A stretch of DNA of 64,000 nt from positions 20,522,001 through 20,586,000 of the forward strand of contig CM106585.1 of the NCBI GenBank assembly GCA_048013815.1. Direction: 5' to 3'. Source of the stretch: Setoptus koraiensis. Lineage: Eukaryota; Animalia; Arthropoda. A program made the position numbers and the translations under genes. This document shows positions 39,347 to 49,277 of the stretch, piece after piece. The notes below the pieces were generated by a model that was not told the origin of the DNA, ran no database searches, and was given only the letters and a program-made list of their open reading frames with translations. Positions within the stretch are counted from its first letter, which is position 1. Each line of letters opens with the position of its first letter.

Positions 39347-39893
39347 GTCAATATTACAATGTCAATTAGAGAGAGACCCAGCAACCAACAATCATAATAA
39401 TTTATATGAAAAACTATTGGGTAAAGTGCCTACAGGTGAAAATGGTAAAGCTCCCAGGCCAGAATGTATCATACTTAAAGACATTGGGGTGAATGATCTA
39501 AGTGTAAATGATGTTGTAGTTAGAAGTGCCACATCCAGCCTTGTTTGTATAAAGGCTAGATTTTCGTTAGCTATCAAAGTTGAGGCACAACTAGAACATT
39601 ACAATAACGATGATCCATTCAGTGGTAGAGATGGCACTGACAAAAATGATCTGATACTATTAGGCTATTTACCCCTGGATTCTGTGGTCAGCGTAGATGA
39701 TAATTGCTACGAGCCTCCATCGGACAAGAAAAAGAAATCGCCGGCAGCAGAAAATGGTGAGCAAAAAGATAAGCTCAGCAGACAAACAAGCCTACCTTCG
39801 CTGGCTGATAAACCGGAACTTACCATAGAATTTGTCTGTGGTAAGCTGACGTTCACCTTCCGCTTAAACATGAAGGTTGCGGAAGGACAATAG
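39347..39893 (+). CDS. Probable terminal coding exon of an unidentified gene
   Basis: Frame is open from the acceptor CTCTAG| (~39346) to TAG at 39891-39893, with complex globular-looking sequence. There is no in-frame ATG near the start. Confidence 0.45.
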
Positions 39894-40519
39894 TATGTAG
39901 AAAATGCTTAATGATAGCATATTCAATGTGAAGTAATATCAAATTGAAATATCGAAAAGAAACAAAGAAGAAACCCCTTCAAATGAACCCATAAAGACCT
40001 ACCTAATGCCGGTACAATATGAGTGAGCGAATCAAAGAAATCTGTCGAAAATACCTTCGACCACAATCGATATAGGTACATTTATATAATTTTTGAGGCT
40101 GCGGACCTCAACCAATGTAGACGTATAACACTGCGGATGATATGGAGATCTACATGTAACAGAAACCATTATATTCAAGTACATGTGATATGTACGAAAC
40201 GAAACCCTATCAATTTGAGGCTGCTACTAAGAAACTACCAACCAAAAATAAAATCAAATAAAATGTCGAATAAAAATTCACTAGTATAAGATCATGTCTG
40301 TAGTACCCTCTCAAAAACAAGTTAATTAAAAAATGTAACCTAAGACCAGTAACGCAAAGAAACACCAAGAAGACAAGCCAAAACCACACTGCAAATCTTC
40401 CGTACAAAATACAAGTAATACTGATCAAATCAGTATTTCGAGCGCTTAATTTTTCGTGTGGACAAGTATTGTTGAAGGATTCAAAGGAGTTTATAACAAC
40501 CTGTTAACCACCGAACTTC

Positions 40520-41626
40520 AAAATGTGACCATCGAACATAGACCATCGAACACTGACCACCGAACATCGAACGAGCAGCTGAAACTATCATCAGAAATTC
40601 GAATTTTCAATTTTGAATTTCGAAGTTCGAAGTGTGACCATCGAAATCTGCACGATCACCTGGAACTCGTATCGAAAATTCGAATTTTCAATTTCGAATT
40701 TCCAAGTTCGACGTTCGGAATTTGACCATCGAACTATGACCATCGAACATCGAACGAGCAGCTGAAACTATCATCAGAAATTCGAATTTTCAATTTTGAA
40801 CTTCGAAGTTCGAAGTGTGACCATCGAATTGTGACCATCGAACATCGAACTCTGACCATCGAACTCCGACAATGCAGCTGAAACTATCATTGGGAATTCA
40901 AATTTTCAATTTCGAATTTCGAACTTCGAATTGTTACCACCGAACACTGACCATCGAACATCGAACTCTGACCATCGAACTCCGACAATGCAGCTGAAAC
41001 TATCATTGGGAATTCAAATTTTCAATTTCGAATTTCGAACTTCGAATTGTGACCATCGAATTGTGACCACCAAACTCTGACCATCGAACATCAAACGAGC
41101 AGATGAAACTATCATTGGGAATTCAAATTTTCAATTTTCGAATTTCGAATTTTGAAGTTCGAATTGTGACCATCGATTTGTGACTATCGAACATCAATCT
41201 CTGACCATCGAACATCGAACGAGCAGCTGAAACTATCATCAGAAATTCGAATTTTCAATTTTGAATTTCGAAGTTCGAAGTGTGACCATCGAATTGTGAC
41301 CACCGAACTCTGACCATCGAACATCAAACGAGCAGATGAAACTATCATTGGGAATTCAAATTTTCAATTTTCGAATTTCGAATTTTGAAGTTCGAATTGT
41401 GACCATCGATTTGTGACTATCGAACATCAATCTCTGACCATCGAACATCGAACGAGCAGCTGTAACTCTTATCAGAAATCTGAATTTTCAATTTCGAAGT
41501 TCGAATTGCGATCATCGAATTGTGACCACCGAACTCTGACCATCGAACATCGAACGAGCAGATGAAATTCTTATAAGAAATTCGAATTTTCAATTTTGAA
41601 GTTCGATTTGTCACCACCGAACTCCG
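40520..41626. repeat. TCGA-rich satellite/minisatellite array, about 10 units of ~100-125 bp
   Basis: The anchor CAG(C/A)TG(A/T)AA(C/T)T recurs at 40576, 40759, 40875, 40991, 41100, 41224, 41333, 41457 and 41559, with one degenerate unit near 40660. Units are built from GACCATCGAAC and TTCGAA sub-repeats. Confidence 0.95.
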
Positions 41627-42264
41627 CACAAATGTGACCTAGTCAAATCTCCATAGGATTGCATACAAAATATTTTCGAGTGAAGCGATAATAGACCAAG
41701 TCGAATCTACATAGGAATACATGTGTTATGTCTAGCAGGATTCTCACAAATTTGACTAAGTCAAACCTCCATAGGATTACATAGTCACGTGAATAAACGT
41801 AGAGCCCAGAACCATCCCAATAGCTGCTTAATTAAAATTAAGCGCTAAAAATGGACACTCTTCTCTCACTCACCTTGTATAATTGGGTTCGGCAGTCCCT
41901 TCCGGTCCTCCACATCCCTCCTCTCGCTTGACCATATTTTTTAAAAAAGAAAAATTTATAATAAAACACAAAATGTACAACTAAAGAAACTACTTTTCGT
42001 CAAATAAAACGTCGAAGATCATGTCTGTACCCTATCAAAACCAGGTTAATTAAAAAATGTAACATAAGACCCGTAACGCGAAGAAATAACAAAAAGGTAA
42101 AACATAACCACACTTCATATTGTATATTCAAGTACATGCGATGTGTACGAAACGAAACCCTATCAATTCGAGGCTGCGGACCTCAACCATTGTAGTGAGA
42201 AGTTCAAACGAGGACGTTTGAAAATTAAGGTGGGGCGTATGTTAAGACTATGCGTCACCTCCCT

Positions 42265-42407
42265 AGTCCGGACTGGACTGCGCCAAGTCCGACTGCGAGT
42301 ACGGACTTGGACTGGCGCAGTCATACCTGCAGTCTGGACTTAACTGCGCCAAGTCCAGACTCAGTCTTCGGACTGGGACTTGCAACTTCATGGTGCCAGT
42401 CCCAGTC
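42265..42407. repeat. Cluster of inverted repeats built from GGACT/AGTCC
   Basis: Palindrome AGTCCGGACT (42265-42274) and perfect stems at 42276-85/42313-22, 42331-41/42351-61 and 42371-80/42398-407. Confidence 0.9.
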
Positions 42408-42461
42408 AAGTCCCCATCACTAACTGCATACTGCGTTCCAAGGCTCAATCTCGAATTCTAA

Positions 42462-43202
42462 GTAAACCGATGTTATTTTTGCAATGAGGGTATAACCTTG
42501 GAATCCTGGCCAACACACTCGCAAGATTGCGTTGATTGGCCATCCGACATACTACAGAGACCGGCGAACGTCGCGTCAGAACCCAGGGTAGATGTCCTGG
42601 AAAGGGATAAGGTGACCCTCGTAAGCGACCCGCCAAGTCAAGATAAATATGAGAGACCCTACAGGAAAATCGAATTCTTCCGCGACGGAAAGATACCGAG
42701 AGGGGCATCTAATAAAGTAGCTGGCCATGCCGAGCCGGGGGATTCTGTGGCTAGACTATATTATCAAGCGGCTAGACTTGTACCTGGGTCAAACTCGAAC
42801 GAGATAACGCTAGTACTACATCGACATCAAGTGCTCCATAGAACGGCCAAAGTAGGCGAAGCTTTCAAAGACCCGTATAGTTCAGTATCAGTCGTACTAA
42901 ACAAGAACATCCGCAACTACAGAGATAAGAGGATGAGGTTGACACTCGAATTGGACTCCCAAAGAAACTCTACCGAGCCCAGTCCAGGGACTTCGTCCCA
43001 ACCGGTAGCTCGACTTTATTATCAAGCTGCTAGACTAGCACCTGGTTCGAACTCGAATGAAATAACTCTGGTATTGCATCGACACCAAGTACTTCATAGG
43101 ACGGCTATAGTAGGCGAATCTTTCAAAGATCCTTATAACTCGGTGTCAGTCGTCGATGGCGAAGCAGTATCACAAGAATTTCTGAAAATGTTCTCACCGT
43201 AA
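42462..43202 (+). CDS. Uncharacterised protein (or exon) with a C2HC-type zinc finger and a tandemly duplicated 50-aa domain
   Basis: Open frame of 246 codons after TAA at 42459. It contains C-x2-C-x11-H-x3-C at 42471-42530 and repeats at 42747-42896 and 43005-43154 (46/50 aa identical, 22 synonymous codon differences). No ATG near the 5' end. Confidence 0.7.
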   Translation, partial: VNRCYFCNEGITLESWPTHSQDCVDWPSDILQRPANVASEPRVDVLERDKVTLVSDPPSQDKYERPYRKIEFFRDGKIPRGASNKVAGHAEPGDSVARLYYQAARLVPGSNSNEITLVLHRHQVLHRTAKVGEAFKDPYSSVSVVLNKNIRNYRDKRMRLTLELDSQRNSTEPSPGTSSQPVARLYYQAARLAPGSNSNEITLVLHRHQVLHRTAIVGESFKDPYNSVSVVDGEAVSQEFLKMFSP

Positions 43203-44297
43203 GTTTCGAAGTTCGACTTGTGACCATCAAACTCTGACCATCGAACTTCGACGAAGCAGCTGAAACTCATTTCAGAAAATCGAAATTTCAAGTTCGAAGT
43301 TCGAATTGTCATTGATCTTGATTAAGCAGTAGCCTTCTGCTGTGCTTAACTCATCTAGCTAGCATCTCAGCATTGAGCGTGCTAATCGCGTCTAGTTAGT
43401 GTTTCTCCCTAAATTTAACTGAACAACTTCATAGGCTTTGATTGTTCGAAATTAATCTAGTTTGTTCCTCATAGTGAAGCCTTGACCATGCTATTTTTCC
43501 AGATTTGTTCCACCTACGTGAATAAACGTATCCATCCGACCCACATCAATAGCTTCTTGATTAAAATTAAGCGCTTTAAATCAATTAGAGCGTGTCATTG
43601 CTGCGCATCAGACCAACTGATTGAGAGCACTGATGAAGGCACTGTAGGCATAATGCACACGAAAGATGTGAACATCCATACTGACATGGATACTAACGCG
43701 TGAATGTCCATGTTCACATGGACATCAACAGGTAACTGTCCAACAAGGTAACCTAGTTAGGTGGTAGTGTCAGAAGGGGCTGGCTACAGACTATCTGTTC
43801 TCAACTGATCGAGCTGAGTGCGAAAATTGAATGAATGAAAATGAGAGAAAAATACACGGACGTGTCGTAACGGGAAGATTGTTATCAAAAAATGCCAAAG
43901 ATCGCCACGGTTAGAAAGACGTTAAACTGGAATTCGAACGATTAGGAAAATTATCGATTCCTGGTGGCACACATGATCTATGAACAAGCAGAGGATTGAG
44001 ACGATGCAGATCAAGCTCTCCTCTTCACGGATCACTGTTTCCAAAAAATGCAGAGCTCTAAGAACTAAATTGTCACTATTGAAAGCAAGAGGCTGTAAAG
44101 AAGAGAATGAGGGGCGTAGACAATTCGAGGTGAGAACCCTGTCAAAGAGGGCACAATGGCAAATACTTCAGGATCCTTTGCATACTCTTCGACTTCATGA
44201 CTTGCTGTCCACATCAGATGATGAATCATAAGAATCATGCTGTGAATATATTACTAACGAGTCTACTCAGATCCAATGATGACTTATATATTTATTA

Positions 44298-44804
44298 CTA
44301 TTTGCTGGTTACAGTAGGGCCTCCAATGAATTGACTGGTCGAATTAAAGGGGGGTGCATGATAGGAGCATTTTCTGATCACGTCAATTGTTTTTACATAG
44401 TATGAATCATCAGGGCAACGCATTCTTATGCGCTTCTGTTTGAATTTTGTTGCATGACAACACTGGCTCCCACACGACCCGGAACACTCACTGAGCCTAA
44501 TTTGCCGTGTCGATCTACAGCCCAAACCATCCTCGTAATGCTGTTTAATTCGCCTTCGCGTACATGTGGGTATTCTGGGCAAATAATTTGCAATATCCAG
44601 ATCATAGTGCCGATGATCACTACCGCCGGAGAGATAAGATTTTTCAACTGTGGCGAGTTGACTATTTCTATGTTGAACGTCGACCAATGATCGTACATTA
44701 CCTTGCTGAAGCAGCCTCTCGATCACATCATTTGGATTCTCCTGCCTAGAAAATTCTGGATTTTTTGATGTGGCTCCTCTGGGTGCTGCCGCCATGGTCG
44801 ACAT
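44298..44804 (-). CDS. Slit-type C-terminal cystine-knot domain ORF (probable last Slit exon)
   Basis: CTRRRIKQHYEDGLGCRSTRQIRLSECSGSCGSQCCHATKFKQKRIRMRCPDDSYYVKTIDVIRKC parallels the Slit CT domain and lies on the same strand, downstream of the Slit EGF exon. Confidence 0.75.
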   Translation of the reverse strand: MSTMAAAPRGATSKNPEFSRQENPNDVIERLLQQGNVRSLVDVQHRNSQLATVEKSYLSGGSDHRHYDLDIANYLPRIPTCTRRRIKQHYEDGLGCRSTRQIRLSECSGSCGSQCCHATKFKQKRIRMRCPDDSYYVKTIDVIRKCSYHAPPFNSTSQFIGGPTVTSK

Positions 44805-45145
44805 GATCTGCCGGAAGTCGCTATTATTAGTGAATACTATTCAGGAATCCAGAGAAAACAAAACGGAAGGAAACGGAAAGAAATTCGGTTAGCACAATAT
44901 TATTGTCAAGTATTTGAAAATTTCTGAAGATGCGACATTAGATGAGTCTAGGATTTGAATCGGCTGAGGTAATTCGCTCATTGATCGCTACTGCACGAGA
45001 ATCTATCGCATTTCCATGGAGTGAGAACTTGCTTCGAGCATCAAAACTAGGATTCTATCGCTGTATCTGACATTGTGAGAAAATCAAGCTAGACTCGAAT
45101 GAGAAAGCTGTAACGATCCGTTCTTAGTGCTTTGTGTACCGGGAT

Positions 45146-45911
45146 TGATCACGAGGTGATCAGTCGAGATACACGGTTGCACTCACAAAATTATCAATTT
45201 AAAAGTGTAGATTATACTGTCTAGCACTTGGTCTAGACAGTAAACAGTCAATAAAAGCGCTGTCACATTTTTCAATGGGGCAGAGTTTTTCTAGGTCAAA
45301 TACGACTCACATCGTCATTTTGTTATTGCTTGAACAGCGCTCGATTTTACGAGTTTCATGTGTAACGTTTAGATACTTTAACACAGGGACTCAAAAACAT
45401 CGTCAGTGCGGATGGCTGAGGGCGAGGCCTGGAACCCGGAGCGCTCATCAACTCTACCCGAAGGGTTCCCGTCGCGTGCAGTTGTCGCGGAAGCGACGAC
45501 GGAGATATGACGGCCTCCAAGATACGAGGCTGCATGCCGAGCACTCAGAACAATCGCAGGCTGAATTTTCTAACTTCCGGTCTCCCAACTCCTGAAATAT
45601 CATTATAACTGGGAAACCGGAAGTTGTGCAGAACTGAAAATTACTTCATCGTGTTGTTTGAAACGACAGTCTGGTAAGTCTCACAGAAGGTTGTCAGCTC
45701 TCTTGATACAAGTTCACGTAAAAACGGAACCGGAAGTTTTCGCAATTCCAGACCGATTTTCCAGATGGTTTTGGGTCAAGATAAACTGGGTAACGAACAG
45801 CTGGTAGCCAAAAGTGAATGTGAAATCAATTTTTGATACAGTATCAGACTACTTATTGACACCATTTTTAATTAGTGTAGCCGTGTATCAAGACTGATCA
45901 CGAAGTGATCA
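45146..45911. mobile_element. 766-bp non-autonomous element with 37-bp imperfect TIRs, each ending in a hairpin
   Basis: Ends 45146-45182 and 45875-45911 are inverted repeats (30/37), each containing TGATCAC-nnn-GTGATCA. Internal CCGGAAGT motifs recur. No TSD identified. Confidence 0.6.
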
Positions 45912-46704
45912 GTAAGATCGCTACAGCACGCGCTAGAACTACAGTGTATCGTGTATATCGTTGAAAACTGGTGCCAACAGTCTAATCCTCGTAAACTGAT
46001 CGCGCAATTGGCAAATCTCGTCATGGACAATCAAATATTGTGGACTACAGCATGCTGCATGCATGTCAGCATCAGCCAACCAAACAGCCTCCAGCCAGCA
46101 AACAGGCATCATTGCCTTTTTCGAGATAGTTTACAGGGGAAACTCATCTTAAGTAGAGAACAATCGCATGAATATGATTACAAAGCCGACCGAAGTATCT
46201 CGGCGTATCAACTGAAGCTAGATGGTTGGCTGACATGCGAATGTCGGGTAGCTCATTTGAGACAAATGAGACAAATAGATTCACTGTCGGATATTTAGAT
46301 AGTTGCGCCCTTCAAGAACTCTAGTCCAATTGAGTGACCCGCTGCTCGAATCGATAATTCGAGCTATTTATCGTTCAACCTTCGTCTTTAGTTCCAGGAC
46401 CTCCGAACAAGAGATGTCGATGGTCAACCGGATTGGTTAATTGAACCGAAGCCAAAATCAGCACGGTTAACCAGTGGGTGGCACTTCCGTTTCGGTTTCT
46501 ACACTCATTCGAACAGTCGACTCGTTTAGATTTTGATTTCATCATCTTTGATAATCTCATCTCTCTCACTTTGATTATTTAGTCCTCAATCATCAGAAAA
46601 TTTGATTTATAAGCGAACTACTGAATGAGAGGTGCACTAGATAAGCGGCACATAGGTGCCCTATTGCCAATCCATGAGTTATAATAATTAATGTTTGGAC
46701 TTAC

Positions 46705-49246
46705 CTGTTGTTGTGTTGGTTGATGTTTGCTGCAATTGTTGGTCCGATGCCACTGATGGGAGATAGTCTGATTTTGAGCCGACCATTGCCATGGCTACAG
46801 ACGCAATGAGAACTTCACAGTATTCACCTGTCGTCTGGCTATCAACGCACTGACATTTGTACGAATTAATTCCGTCAATGCATTTGGCCTTATTCTGGCA
46901 TTGATGATCTTGGCAATCGTCGATATTAATTTGACATCTGTCGCCGCTGAAACCTAGCGGACATTCACAAGTGAATGCAATTGATGAGCCTTGTTTGTTC
47001 GGCAGCGATAACGACTTGCAAGTGGCACCATTCTGGCATGGCCTCTCGAAACAAGCATCGATAACAAACTCGCAATTGCGACCATAATTGTCTGCTTGAC
47101 ACTGACAATGATATTCCATATTTGGCAAACTCTTACAAGTGGCTCCATTCTGACACGGATTCTCATGGCAGGCATCGCATTTGTTCTGGCCACCGGAGGC
47201 CACTATGCTGTTGTCAGTTATATTGTTCAATATCTCATTTGACATGCAGTCAAACTGACTGAGAGGAGCCGTCAGCAGAAGTTTGTCGCGCATTTGTGAT
47301 GGTTGGGAGCATTTAGCTATACCAGCCTCTACATAGTCGCGCTGAATCCATTCGGCTAACCATCTTAGATGACAGTCGCAATATAACGGATTTGAGCCTA
47401 ATGCCAGATGGGTCAATGATGGCAATTGTCGATAGCTGCTAGCCGGCAATGAATTCAAATTGTTGCCATGCAATGACAAAACTCGCAACGATTTCAAGCC
47501 GGCAAAACTTTCCTCCTGGATGCATTGCAATTTGTTGTAGCTCAGTATGAGCATCTGCAATTTTGTCAAATTAACAAATTGATATTCCGGTATGTAGTGC
47601 AGACGATTGTTGCTCATATCCAACAGAGTCAGCTCTTTCAGTTGTCTGATTGAGGCCGAGGGTATTGTTTTGATTTCGTTGTCATTGACAAACAGTTCGG
47701 TAGTGTCTTCGTCAACATCCTTTGGAAAATCAATCAATTTTTGGCCCGTACAATTAACCAATTGTTCCGCTAGATGGCAGTTACATTTGTGTGGACAATT
47801 GGGCCCATTGGAGCAAAAATATTCAAAATATTGCAATGTTTGTTTTGGGTCAGTTTGCTGTATAGAAGCCGACTGAATCGCTGTAGAATGAGGCGTCTGC
47901 TGATTATCGGTCGATGATAATAGAGCCAATTGATTTGGTTGAGATCGTTGCTGCTGACTGTCATGATTGTTGTCCAATGTTGCCGAGGCCATATCTGCCG
48001 CCATTAATTCGGTTGGCATGTTATTGTTGTTGTTAGATATTAGAGCAATATTATTGTTAATGTTGTTGTCGCCATTAGTCACTTGCCAAGGTTGATCCGA
48101 TTGATCGCATTGAAATTCGCGCAATTCTATTTCCATTAGGCTGACATCATGCAATTGCTTGGGTTGGGCACATTTAGGATTGCCATAATCCAAGCCATTC
48201 ACTGAGGCCCGTTGCGACAGCCACCTTGGCAGCCATCTAAGGTGACAGTTGCAATTGAGCGGGTTGGCCATTAGTTGTAATGTGCGCAATTGATTTAATT
48301 GATCGAGTGTGCCCTCCATCATGCAACGAATTTTGTTGTCATACAATGACAGATAGCTCAATTTTGGAACATATTTAAATGTGTCATTGAGCACGCACGA
48401 CAATTGATTTGATTTCAATATAAGCGCCTCCAGTTGATCTAATCCTTTGAACATTGATGCTCTCAGATGGCGCAATTGATTGTGGGACAATGATAGGTCG
48501 CTCAGTGACGAGGCGCCCTCGAAGGTGCCATCTTCAATGTCGATTATATCGTTGGAGCGCAAGTCACTTGTGGCATCGGATTATTTATTATTTTATGACA
48601 GTCATTTTATGTCACCATGTGCGCGATGATGAGCGGTGTTCCATGGATAATATTGTTACCCACGAATGGCATATGTAAAGTATATAGGGGCGAGACACAA
48701 AAGAGAAGGTTATTTATGTTGGATGAGCAACTGGGACGGAGATGTTAATTCAAAATGAATTCAATACTAACAGCCGCTGAAGATTGGTCAATCGCTTAAA
48801 TAGGCCTGTGTTGCGCAACTTCCTGATGCGATTGTCGCTAAGACGGAGTTCTGTGGCAAACAGTGGAACATCGTCGGGTATTTCGGTGAGAGATTGGCGC
48901 GAACAATCAACAATTGAACCCTCACACACGCACCCGAGCGGACATTGGGCGACCTGGGTGCACTGGTTGTCGAATTTGGTGCGCATATCCTCTAGGCCTA
49001 ATTAGACAGCGTGCAAGGCATTTCGCAATAACAGTCACATAACAGATTGCACGAGGTGATGTTCGTGGTTGCGCAACGCGATCCGTTATCATGATGACAT
49101 TGTTTTGATCAGAATGGCCATTGGCCACACCGAGTTATTAGTGGCGGCGGGGAGCAAGAGGCAACGTCATAATACAGATAGAGTGCCACAGAGGCAAGAA
49201 ATGGATGACATGTCATCATTTTGGGCATTTCGCGACACAATTACGT

Positions 49247-49277
<31 letters not shown>

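Noticed and set aside
40520-41626. CRISPR-like array
   Set aside because: The sequence between recurring motifs is itself repeated rather than unique spacers, no cas genes are present, and the context is eukaryotic. It is a satellite.
43630-43664. Hammerhead ribozyme core (CTGATGA...GAAA)
   Set aside because: I could not build stem II or the flanking stems with correct pairing.
43830-44231. Interrupted reading frames downstream of module 2
   Set aside because: Multiple stops and no recognisable family; not supportable as a gene or a named pseudogene.
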